A stretch of 64,000 bases of DNA from an uncultured Candidatus Saccharibacteria bacterium. Its GTDB lineage: Bacteria > Patescibacteriota > Minisyncoccia > Minisyncoccales > MHMH01. Made by a program: the position numbers and the translations under genes. A model generated the notes under the pieces. The model saw nothing but the letters and a program-made list of their open reading frames with translations, had not been told where the DNA came from and searched no databases. Below, piece after piece: positions 1-8,326 of this stretch (position 1 is its first letter; each line of letters opens with the position of its first letter). The stretch lies in the NCBI GenBank assembly GCA_964482335.1, contig CAYZXA010000001.1:24983-88982 (forward strand), written 5' to 3'.

Positions 1-2
1 CC

Positions 3-227
3 GATATTTTATCTAATGCCGGGGGCGTAATTGCTTCCTATTTTGAATGGTTACAGTCAAAAGAAAAAAAACGATGGCAGAAAAAAGAAGTACTAGATAA
101 ATTATCTAAAATTTTAGAGAAAGCTTTCGACGAAGTTTGGAATTTATCTAAAAAAGAAAACATAAATTTAAGGAAGGCAGCCCATCTTTTGGCTGTAGAT
201 AGGGTGATCAAGGCAATGACAAAATAA
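3..227 (+). CDS. Glu/Leu/Phe/Val dehydrogenase family, C-terminal fragment (5' end outside window)
   Basis: In-frame translation DILSNAGGVIASYFEWLQSKEKK...VDRVIKAMTK* resembles the GDH C-terminal region; stop TAA 225-227. Confidence 0.5.
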   Translation, partial: DILSNAGGVIASYFEWLQSKEKKRWQKKEVLDKLSKILEKAFDEVWNLSKKENINLRKAAHLLAVDRVIKAMTK

Positions 228-228
228 T

Positions 229-549
229 ATGTCAGAATTAACTTTAACTGATCAAAATTTTGAAACTGAGGTTATAAAAAGCAATCAGCTGGTTTTGGTT
301 GATTTTTGGAGTCCAACTTGCCCTCCTTGTTTAATCTTGGGACCAATTATTGAAGAGATTGCCAAGGACTTTGAAGGTAGAGTAAAAGTTGGGAAATTAA
401 ATGTTTTTGAGAGTCAAGAAACTGCCAGAAATTACCAAATTATGAGCGTGCCAACTCTGATTATTTTTAAAGATGGAAAACCAATAGAAAGAGCAACTGG
501 ATTGCGACCTAAGCAAGTTTTAGTTGACAAGCTTAACTCTTTGCTTTAA
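229..549 (+). CDS. trxA: thioredoxin (unusual CPPC active site)
   Basis: 106 aa; VLVDFWSPTCPPC...VPTLIIFKDGK thioredoxin fold motifs. Confidence 0.85.
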   Translation: MSELTLTDQNFETEVIKSNQLVLVDFWSPTCPPCLILGPIIEEIAKDFEGRVKVGKLNVFESQETARNYQIMSVPTLIIFKDGKPIERATGLRPKQVLVDKLNSLL

Positions 550-554
550 TTTTC

Positions 555-1193
555 ATGAAAATTACTATTGTTTATGACAATACTGTTTTCAAAGAAGGCC
601 TGAAGGCCGATTGGGGCTTTGCTGCGTTGGTTGAACAGAAAGATACTCCTAAGATTTTATTTGATACTGGGGCTAATGGAGGAATTTTGCTTGGCAATAT
701 GGAAAAACTGGGAGTTAAGCCCATATCAATTGATGAAGTTTTTATTTCCCATCCTCATTTTGATCATACTGGAGGACTTTCTGAATTTTTGAAGGTAAAT
801 AAGAAAGCTAAAATTTACGTTCCATCCTCTCTTCATGGAATAAAAGATAGAGAAGTTGTTGTGGTAGAAAAAGCTACCAAAATTCATGAAAATGTATTTT
901 CTACTGGAGAGCTGGAAGGAATAGAACAAAGTATGGGGGTCGAAACCGAAAAAGGTATTGTTTTAATTGTTGGTTGCTCTCATCCGTATATGGGTCATAT
1001 TTTGGATGCAATTAAACAGTTCGGTAAGCTCTACGCAATTATCGGTGGAATGCACGGTTTCAGTGAATTTGAATTATTTCGAGATTTAGAATTAATTTGT
1101 CCTACTCACTGTACCCAGCATAAAGCAGAGCTTAAAAAACTCTATCCTCAAAAATACATTGAAGGAGGAGCAGGAAAGATAATTGAGATATAA
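555..1193 (+). CDS. MBL-fold metallo-hydrolase
   Basis: HPHFDHTGG metal-binding motif, 212 aa. Confidence 0.75.
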   Translation: MKITIVYDNTVFKEGLKADWGFAALVEQKDTPKILFDTGANGGILLGNMEKLGVKPISIDEVFISHPHFDHTGGLSEFLKVNKKAKIYVPSSLHGIKDREVVVVEKATKIHENVFSTGELEGIEQSMGVETEKGIVLIVGCSHPYMGHILDAIKQFGKLYAIIGGMHGFSEFELFRDLELICPTHCTQHKAELKKLYPQKYIEGGAGKIIEI

Positions 1194-1199
1194 TTAAAA

Positions 1200-1739
1200 A
1201 TGGAAAACAATATAGAAAATTGCATAGGGGGGGTTTTAAAAAGAATTGGTATTAAGAAAGACCAGGTTGTTTTAGATTTTGGATGTGGAGAAGGGGACTA
1301 TACTATTCCTGTTGCAAAGATAATCGGAAATAAAGGAAAAGTGTATGCTGTAGATAAAGATGAACATAAATTAAAACAGTTAATAGAGAGAGCTAAATCA
1401 GTTGGTCTTCAGAACATAAAGTCAAGAAAGACCTCTGGGGAATTAAAGTTTGGATTTGAAGGTGACAGTTTTGATGTGGTTTTGCTCTATGATATTTTTT
1501 GGTATTTTTCATTGCAAACTTCCGAGTTATCGAAACTATTGAAAGAGGTTTATAGAATTTCAAAACCAGGGGCTTTAATTTCGGTTTTTCCTGAACATGT
1601 TGATATAGAAAGACTCAAACAAGAAATAGAGAGATTTGGTTTTCGTCTCGAAAACAGATTTCGAGGAGAAGTTGTCCATGAAAATAAATTAGTAAAGGGT
1701 CAAATATTAAATTTTAGAAAAAAGGAAAATGAGAGCTGA
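1200..1739 (+). CDS. class I SAM-dependent methyltransferase
   Basis: VLDFGCGEGDYT motif I, 179 aa. Confidence 0.6.
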   Translation: MENNIENCIGGVLKRIGIKKDQVVLDFGCGEGDYTIPVAKIIGNKGKVYAVDKDEHKLKQLIERAKSVGLQNIKSRKTSGELKFGFEGDSFDVVLLYDIFWYFSLQTSELSKLLKEVYRISKPGALISVFPEHVDIERLKQEIERFGFRLENRFRGEVVHENKLVKGQILNFRKKENES

Positions 1740-1811
1740 AAGTTTGAATCAACCGAGTTCTTTATTTGTAGGTTTGGCTTGGAGAATAATTTCTAATTTT
1801 AGTTTAAAAAT

Positions 1812-2405
1812 ATGGAAGATTTAGAAAAAATAGAAAAAGAGCTTGAAAAAATCAAAGAGGAGGTTATAAATTGTAAGAAGTGTTCGTTATATAAAGAAAG
1901 GCATTTGCCGGTTATCGGAGAGGGGAGCCACCAGGCAAAAATAATGTTTGTTGGGGAAGCACCGGGACTCAACGAAGCTCAGACTGGACGACCCTTCTGT
2001 GGGGCGGCCGGTAAAATTTTAGATGAGTTATTAGATTCTATAAAAATCAAAAGAGAAGAGATTTATATCACCAATATTTTAAAAGATAGACCGTCTGGAA
2101 ATCGTAACCCAAAGAAAGAAGAAATAGAGGCCTGCACTCCTTATTTAGAAAGACAAATTGAAATCATTAAACCCGAAGTAATTTGTACCCTAGGAAATTA
2201 TTCAACTGCTTTTATTATGGAAAAACACGGATTAAAAAATCAAATCCAGGGTATTAGCAAAATCCACGGGAAAGTTTTTGAAGTAAAAAATCTTTTTCAA
2301 AAAATGAAAATTATTCCTTTATATCATCCGGCCGTAGCCACTTACAATATAAATATGAAAGAAATTCTTAAAAAAGATTTTAAGATTTTAGAGAAATTTA
2401 AATGA
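1812..2405 (+). CDS. uracil-DNA glycosylase, family 4
   Basis: FVGEAPGLNEAQTGRPFCGAAGKILDELL matches the family-4 UDG motif GE(A/G)PG..E...G.PF.G.AG. Confidence 0.8.
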   Translation: MEDLEKIEKELEKIKEEVINCKKCSLYKERHLPVIGEGSHQAKIMFVGEAPGLNEAQTGRPFCGAAGKILDELLDSIKIKREEIYITNILKDRPSGNRNPKKEEIEACTPYLERQIEIIKPEVICTLGNYSTAFIMEKHGLKNQIQGISKIHGKVFEVKNLFQKMKIIPLYHPAVATYNINMKEILKKDFKILEKFK

Positions 2406-2845
2406 ACTCTTTAGAGAAATATTGGGGAAAAAGGAAATTTAAGAAAACTTCTGAGCCAAAGGGAAAAGTTTTGAAAACTGAAAAGCAAAGATTTGTAGTC
2501 CAGGAACACTGGGCAAGCCATCATCATTTTGATTTCAGATTAGAAATGGAAGAAGTTTTAAAATCTTCGGCAGTGCCAAAGGGAGTACCAAAGAAAACAG
2601 GAATGAGAAGATTGGCAATGCAAACCGAAGACCATCCCATAGATTATATTAATTTTGAAGGAAAGATTCCCGAAGGTCTATATGGCGCAGGGAAGGTTAA
2701 AATTTTTGATAAAGGAAAATATGAGTTAATTGAAAATAATAAAAATAGAATTATTTTTAAGCTAAAAGGAAAAAAACTAAAAGGAATTTATAATTTAATA
2801 AAATTTAAAAAACCTAATCAATGGTTATTATTTAAAACTAAATAA
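2402..2845 (+). CDS. DNA ligase D 3'-phosphoesterase (PE) domain protein, standalone
   Basis: RFVVQEHWASHHHFDFRLE...AVPKGVP...EDHPIDYINFEGKIPEGLYGAGKV matches the LigD-PE signature; start overlaps the UDG stop. Confidence 0.75.
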   Translation: MNSLEKYWGKRKFKKTSEPKGKVLKTEKQRFVVQEHWASHHHFDFRLEMEEVLKSSAVPKGVPKKTGMRRLAMQTEDHPIDYINFEGKIPEGLYGAGKVKIFDKGKYELIENNKNRIIFKLKGKKLKGIYNLIKFKKPNQWLLFKTK

Positions 2846-2859
2846 AATTCACCCTGTGT

Positions 2860-3549
2860 ATGGAAAATATAATTTTAAAAGTAAGAAATTTAAATGTTGA
2901 ATTGGCTGGAGAAAAGATCATTGAGAATTTAAACTTCGAAGTTAAGAAAAAGGAAACTTTAGTCATTTTAGGCCCAAACGGAGCGGGCAAGACTGTTTTA
3001 TTTAGGACTTTATTAGGCTTTCTGCCTTTTAAAGGAGAAATCCAATGGCAGCCAGAATTAAAAATTAGCTATGTTCCCACCGGACTTGCTTCGACCAAAG
3101 AGATTCCATTAACTATAAAAGAGTTTTTTGATTTAAAAGAAGTTACTCAAAAAGAAGCTATTAAAGTTTTAGAGACAGTTGGAATGACAAGTTCTAATAT
3201 TTTAGAAAAAAGAGTGGCTTTTCTTTCCTCAGGTCAATTTCAGCGACTTTTGGTGGCTTGGGGTCTGACCGGTAATCCTCAGGTTTTACTTTTTGATGAA
3301 CCCACGGCTGGAATTGATATTAAGGGTCAAGAATCTATTTATTTACTTTTAAATAAACTAAGAGATAAAAGAAAACTCACCATTTTATTAATTACACACG
3401 ATTTAAGTATTGTTTATAAACTTGCCGATTATGTTATTTGTTTAAATAAAAAGGCTTTATGTCAAGGTCCCGTCTTAGAAGTTTTAACTCCTCAACACCT
3501 GTCTCAACTTTATGGAGGGGAAATAAAGTTTTATCAACATAAACATTAA
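2860..3549 (+). CDS. metal (Zn/Mn-type) ABC transporter ATP-binding protein
   Basis: Walker A GPNGAGKT, ABC signature LSSGQFQR, Walker B LLFDEP; ZnuC-like length. Confidence 0.8.
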   Translation: MENIILKVRNLNVELAGEKIIENLNFEVKKKETLVILGPNGAGKTVLFRTLLGFLPFKGEIQWQPELKISYVPTGLASTKEIPLTIKEFFDLKEVTQKEAIKVLETVGMTSSNILEKRVAFLSSGQFQRLLVAWGLTGNPQVLLFDEPTAGIDIKGQESIYLLLNKLRDKRKLTILLITHDLSIVYKLADYVICLNKKALCQGPVLEVLTPQHLSQLYGGEIKFYQHKH

Positions 3550-3552
3550 TTA

Positions 3553-4320
3553 ATGGAAACTCAATTTATACTTAGTTTATTGGTGGGAATTTTTATTGGA
3601 GGGGCGGCGGGATATTTAGGATCCTTGATGGTTTCTAAGAGAATGGCTTTGGTGGGGGGAGCTTTGGGGCATTTAACCTTACCAGGAATTGCTTTGGCTC
3701 TCATTTATGGTTTTGATGTTTCTTTAGGAGCTTTACCTTTAGTAGTTTTGGGAATAATTTTGATATGGTTATTTGAAATTAGAACTAAATTACCAATGGA
3801 GGCCTTAACTGCCGTGGTTTTTGCTTTGGGAGTGGCCGTTGCCTTTTTGATTTTACCTTCAGAGAAAACTGTTACTGCTTTAATTGGTGATATTTCTCAA
3901 GTAGAGCTTTATGGGGCTATAATTTCTATAATTTTAGCTATAACTGTTTTTTTTGTAATTCGCAGAATTTTTTCAAAAATGGTTCTTTCCGGTATTTCTG
4001 AAGATTTAGCCAGAGTCCAGGGGGTAAATGTAAAAAAATATAATTTTATTTTTTTGATTTCAATTGCTGTCTTAGTTGCTTTAGGAGTGAAAATAGTTGG
4101 TGGTCTTTTAACTGCAGCACTCATCGCTATTCCCGCTTGTGCTGCTAGAAATGTTAGTCGAAATTTATTTCAATATTCCTACGGAGCATTGATTATTGGG
4201 GCAGTGAGCTGTATCTTTGGAATTTTACTTTCTAGATTGACTGGATTTTCAGTTGGTCCTTTGATTATTTTAACTGCTACTTTCTTTTTCTTAATCTCTT
4301 TAATATGGCAAAAAAAATAG
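3553..4320 (+). CDS. metal ABC transporter permease (ZnuB-like)
   Basis: 255 aa polytopic membrane protein immediately after the ATPase. Confidence 0.75.
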   Translation: METQFILSLLVGIFIGGAAGYLGSLMVSKRMALVGGALGHLTLPGIALALIYGFDVSLGALPLVVLGIILIWLFEIRTKLPMEALTAVVFALGVAVAFLILPSEKTVTALIGDISQVELYGAIISIILAITVFFVIRRIFSKMVLSGISEDLARVQGVNVKKYNFIFLISIAVLVALGVKIVGGLLTAALIAIPACAARNVSRNLFQYSYGALIIGAVSCIFGILLSRLTGFSVGPLIILTATFFFLISLIWQKK

Positions 4321-5159
4321 TAATTGCATCGGGAAAGGGCGGAGTAGGGAAGTCAATGTTGACTTCGGCTTTGGCAATGCTTTTTACCAAAACCAAAAAG
4401 ATAGTGGCGGTGGATTGTGATGCTGACGCTCCGAACTTGGCAATTTGGCTAGGCGGAGTTAAAAAGTGGGATAAAATTTTACCAGTTTCTACTTTAGCTA
4501 AACCAGAAATTGATTATAAAAAATGTAATAGCTGTGGTTTATGTGTTAAGAATTGTCGTTTTGATGCTTTAAAAATGGTAAATGGCAAACCAAAGCTGAA
4601 CCCATTTTTATGTGAAGGTTGTGGAGCTTGTGAAGCAATTTGTCCTCAAAAAGCAATAAAATTAAAGCCAGTTCAGAATGGTGAGATCAAAGTTAAAAAA
4701 ACCAAATATGGTTTTCCTTTAGTCTCCGGAAACCTTCATCCAGGAGAAACAGGCTCTGGCAAGGTAGTCAGCGAAATTAAAAGAGAAGCAGAGAAATTCA
4801 AACATAATCTGATGATCATTGATTCAGCGCCAGGTACTGGTTGTCCAGTAATTGCCTCTTTGCAGGGAGCTGATTTTGCTATTTTAATTACTGAGCCTAC
4901 TCCCTCGGGATTTTCTGACTTAAAAAGAGTTTTAAAAGTAGTCAATCATTTTAATATTCCCTGGGGTCTAGTAATAAATAAATGGGATATTAATTCTCAA
5001 TTAAGCGGTAAAATGAAGAGATGGACCAAAAAGAAATTTTTGGGTAAAATATCTTATGATAAAGAAATATTTAAAGCTATCTCTAATTTAACTCCAATAA
5101 TAGAAACTGACTTAAAAGTTAAAGACGAGATTGAAAAGATTTTTAAAAAATTATGGTAA
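4305..5159 (+). CDS. MinD/ParA-family P-loop ATPase with inserted 2x[4Fe-4S] ferredoxin domain
   Basis: ASGKGGVGKS deviant Walker A; two CxxCxxCxxxCP motifs (CNSCGLCVKNC, CEGCGACEAICP). Confidence 0.8.
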   Translation: MAKKIVIASGKGGVGKSMLTSALAMLFTKTKKIVAVDCDADAPNLAIWLGGVKKWDKILPVSTLAKPEIDYKKCNSCGLCVKNCRFDALKMVNGKPKLNPFLCEGCGACEAICPQKAIKLKPVQNGEIKVKKTKYGFPLVSGNLHPGETGSGKVVSEIKREAEKFKHNLMIIDSAPGTGCPVIASLQGADFAILITEPTPSGFSDLKRVLKVVNHFNIPWGLVINKWDINSQLSGKMKRWTKKKFLGKISYDKEIFKAISNLTPIIETDLKVKDEIEKIFKKLW

Positions 5160-5440
5160 GACCAGTTAAACAAAGACGAGTTCAATTTGACCCGAGCATT
5201 ATTTATTTTAAGCCCAGGGCAGTACCCCTTTCCAAATTAAAAGAGGTGGCTTTAGCAGCAGATGAATTAGAAGCTGTTAGGCTTTGTGACTTAAAAGATT
5301 TAAATCAGATGGAGGCTGCTAAAAAAATGAATATTTCTCAAAGCACTTTTCAAAGAACTCTCGCCTCAGCTCATAAAAAAATAGCTCAAGCTTTAATAGA
5401 AGGTAAAGCAATAAAAATAAGAAAAATAAGTAAATTATGA
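5153..5440 (+). CDS. DUF134/UPF0251-family small DNA-binding protein
   Basis: MVRPVKQRRVQFDP... N-terminus and sigma-70 region-4-like HTH; common neighbour of MinD-Fd ATPases. Confidence 0.55.
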   Translation: MVRPVKQRRVQFDPSIIYFKPRAVPLSKLKEVALAADELEAVRLCDLKDLNQMEAAKKMNISQSTFQRTLASAHKKIAQALIEGKAIKIRKISKL

Positions 5441-6828
5441 AAAAGTGGATTCTTAGCATTTTTGTTTTAGGTTTGTTATTTTTTTCTTTTCAGAATGTTT
5501 TGGCTCAAGACAACTATTTTTGTGCGGCTTATTTTACTAAAATAGGCTGTCCGGTGTGTGCTGAGGCTGATCCTATTGTTTTAAGTCAGTTAACTGAGGA
5601 AAATCCAAATCTTATTATTATTGAATATGAATTTGTCTATCAGCCAGAGAATGTTCCAGTTATGACTGAATATTATTTAACTTATAACCTTCCTGGTTGG
5701 GTTCCTTTAATTCTTTTTGAAAATAAATATTCAGTTGGCATGTCAATTCCGGATGCCATAAGAGAAAAAATTGAAAAATCTGAATTCAATAAATGTTCTT
5801 TATCCGATGGCTCTGCCGTCAGTTTTAAAGATCTTAATTTTAATGAATTGCCAGGAAGTCCAAAAATTTGGGCCAATGGCAGAGTGCTCATAAAAACGAG
5901 CAAAGGAGCAGTAGCAAGTGAATTACTTAAAAAATCATTATTTAATGAAGATTTAAATAAAGTATTTGAAGGAATAGAGTTCAAAAAAATAGAACCAATC
6001 AGGGTTGCTATCTCCGAGGATTATATTGAGTTTGACAATGCCATTTCAATTGGGAATTGGATTTTTCAATGGAACGGACCTGAATTAGAAATTTTACCTT
6101 CAGAAGAAGGAACAACCACCACCACAGAAGAAACATCCTTAGTTGAACCCGAGCTAAAGCTTACTTTGGCTAAAATTTTATCTCTGGCCGCTGTAGATGC
6201 TATTAACCCCTGCGCCTTGGCTGTTTTAAGTTTGATGCTTATCGCCATCCTAACTTATAATCCTACCAAAAGAAGAAATGTTTTATTAGCTGGCCTAGCT
6301 TTTGTCTTCGCAGTTTTTCTACTTTATTTGATTTATGGATTAGTGATTATAAAATCATTTCAGCTTATCCAAGCCTTAACTTTTATTAGATTATGGCTTT
6401 ACAAAATTTTAGGAATTGGAGCTATTATTTTAGGATTTTTTAAACTAAAAGATTTTTTCTGGCACAAAGCTGTCTGCACAATTTCTCCAAGGGTTGATAA
6501 AATTATTGCTAAGGTAACTAGTTCTAAAGGAGCTTTTTTAGCAGGAGCTTTTGTAACCATATTTTTGCTTCCTTGCACAGTCGGGCCCTATATTATCTGT
6601 GGTGGAATCCTTTGTCCTTTGGGAATATTGAAATCCCTTCCTTGGCTGTTGCTTTACAATTTAATATTTATCTTGCCAATGCTGGCCGTTGTTTTGATAA
6701 TTTATTTAGGATTAGGAAAAATTGAAGATATTTCAAGTTGGCAGGCAAGGAATATAAAGTATTTACATTTAATTACCGGATTAACTGTGTTGGGATTAGG
6801 AATAGCCATGATTTTGGAATTAGTCTAA
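5437..6828 (+). CDS. thioredoxin-like / DsbD(CcdA)-family thiol:disulfide interchange membrane protein
   Basis: Signal peptide, CPVC redox motif, Thr-rich linker (EEGTTTTTEET), polytopic domain with AAVDAINPCAL motif typical of the CcdA/DsbD core. Confidence 0.65.
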   Translation: MKKWILSIFVLGLLFFSFQNVLAQDNYFCAAYFTKIGCPVCAEADPIVLSQLTEENPNLIIIEYEFVYQPENVPVMTEYYLTYNLPGWVPLILFENKYSVGMSIPDAIREKIEKSEFNKCSLSDGSAVSFKDLNFNELPGSPKIWANGRVLIKTSKGAVASELLKKSLFNEDLNKVFEGIEFKKIEPIRVAISEDYIEFDNAISIGNWIFQWNGPELEILPSEEGTTTTTEETSLVEPELKLTLAKILSLAAVDAINPCALAVLSLMLIAILTYNPTKRRNVLLAGLAFVFAVFLLYLIYGLVIIKSFQLIQALTFIRLWLYKILGIGAIILGFFKLKDFFWHKAVCTISPRVDKIIAKVTSSKGAFLAGAFVTIFLLPCTVGPYIICGGILCPLGILKSLPWLLLYNLIFILPMLAVVLIIYLGLGKIEDISSWQARNIKYLHLITGLTVLGLGIAMILELV

Positions 6829-6850
6829 AAATTTAAATTGGTAAATTAAT

Positions 6851-7126
6851 ATGGTTAAATTTTTAGGTATTTTAGATATATTGGCAGCTGGCCTTTTGGT
6901 TGGTGCAGCTTATAATCTGGCTATTCCAACTGGTTTAGTTATTGGTTTTGCAGTTTATCTTTTTCTGAAGGCTTTGCTGTTCTTGCTTGATATCGGCAGC
7001 TTTTTTGATGTTGTCGCTGGTATTTTGCTTATCTTAAGCTTGTCTCTGGCTTTGCCTCAGATATTGCTGTTTGTCTTTGCTGCTTTGGTTGGCTTCAAGG
7101 GTATTTTAAGCTTGTTTGCCTCTTGA
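6851..7126 (+). CDS. small hydrophobic membrane protein (hypothetical)
   Basis: 91 aa, three predicted TM segments. Confidence 0.4.
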   Translation: MVKFLGILDILAAGLLVGAAYNLAIPTGLVIGFAVYLFLKALLFLLDIGSFFDVVAGILLILSLSLALPQILLFVFAALVGFKGILSLFAS

Positions 7127-7218
7127 CTGGCCCTTATGCTTAAATTAAGGTAAAATAAGGGTGTGGAAAACTAAATTAAAGGTCGATTCTGAAAATTTGT
7201 AAATAAAATATTTTTACT

Positions 7219-7374
7219 ATGGAAGGTTATTGTGTTAAATGTAAAGCCAAAAGAGAAATACAAAACGCCAAAGAAGTAGCCATGAAGGGAAAGGGCGGAG
7301 TGAAAAGAAGGGCTATGACCGGCACCTGCCCAAAATGCGGCACCAAGATGTTCCGAATACTGGGCAAAGCCTAA
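7219..7374 (+). CDS. DUF5679-family small zinc-ribbon protein (not in supplied ORF track, 51 aa)
   Basis: MEGYCVKCKAKREIQNAKEVAMKGKGGVKRRAMTGTCPKCGTKMFRILGKA; two CxxC pairs; followed by a perfect 18-bp terminator. Confidence 0.55.
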   Translation: MEGYCVKCKAKREIQNAKEVAMKGKGGVKRRAMTGTCPKCGTKMFRILGKA

Positions 7375-7398
7375 TTCGAAGATTTCCGGAACTCTTTG

Positions 7399-7440
7399 AA
7401 ACTAAAATGAGTAAGGCTAGACCTTACTCATTTTAGTTTT
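7399..7440 (+). terminator. Rho-independent terminator (18-bp perfect stem, U-rich tail)
   Basis: AAACTAAAATGAGTAAGG-ctaga-CCTTACTCATTTTAGTTT then TAGGTTT. Confidence 0.55.
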
Positions 7441-7471
7441 AGGTTTAGCTTAATTTGGGTATAATAGTTTA

Positions 7472-8326
7472 ATGAAGAAAGCTTTTGTTGTTTTAGTAAT
7501 TTTGTTTGGTTTGAATATTTTAGCTTGGGTAGCAGTTTATGACTTAAGTCAATCTCAGTTGTTGGAGGTTGTTTTTTTTGATGTGGGGCAAGGGGACAGC
7601 ATTTTTATTGCAACTCCTCAAGGACACCAAATTCTAATTGATGGGGGACCAGATGAAACGGTTTTAGAAAATTTGGGCAAAGAGATGCCGTTCTGGGACA
7701 GAACCATTGATCTGATTATTCTTAGTCATCCCGAGCACGATCATATAAGTGGTTTGATCGAGGTGTTAAAGAGATATAAGGTAGAGAATATCTTATGGAC
7801 TGGAGTTTTAAGAGATACTTCTGAATACAGGCAATGGCAGGAATTAATAAAAGAAGAAAGAGCTCGAATAACAATAGCTCGAGCCGGCCAGCAGATTCAA
7901 GGCTCGGGGTCAAATCTTAAGCGCTGGGCTATAGAGGTTTTATTTCCTTTTGAAAGTCTTGAAGGCAAGGAAGTTAAAAATACCAACAATACTTCTGTTG
8001 TTGTTCGTTTGGTCTACGGCGACAACTCCTTTTTATTTACCGGCGATGCTTATAAATCAATAGAAAGACAGCTTTTGGAAACAGCGATTGATGCTGATGT
8101 CCTAAAGGTCGGGCATCATGGCAGTAAGACTTCAAGTGCTCAAGAATTCATTGAGAAAGTTTCTCCAGACATTGCTGTTATTCAATGTGGCAAAGATAAT
8201 CATTATGGGCATCCTTCTCAGGAAACTTTGGAGATTTTAGAAAAATATGGTATAAATATCTTTAGAACCGACTTAGATGGTGATATTAAAATATTATGCA
8301 ATTCCCAGTCTTTAATACTAAAGTAA
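7472..8326 (+). CDS. ComEC/Rec2-related MBL-fold domain protein (secreted or membrane-anchored)
   Basis: N-terminal signal/TM; FFDVGQGDSIFI and HPEHDH motifs of the ComEC beta-lactamase-like domain; -10 TATAAT at 7460-7465 only 6 nt upstream of the ATG (leaderless-like). Confidence 0.7.
   Translation: MKKAFVVLVILFGLNILAWVAVYDLSQSQLLEVVFFDVGQGDSIFIATPQGHQILIDGGPDETVLENLGKEMPFWDRTIDLIILSHPEHDHISGLIEVLKRYKVENILWTGVLRDTSEYRQWQELIKEERARITIARAGQQIQGSGSNLKRWAIEVLFPFESLEGKEVKNTNNTSVVVRLVYGDNSFLFTGDAYKSIERQLLETAIDADVLKVGHHGSKTSSAQEFIEKVSPDIAVIQCGKDNHYGHPSQETLEILEKYGINIFRTDLDGDIKILCNSQSLILK

Noticed and set aside
726-929. Minus-strand ORF inside the MBL hydrolase gene
   Set aside because: Antisense to a well-supported CDS, low-complexity translation, no RBS
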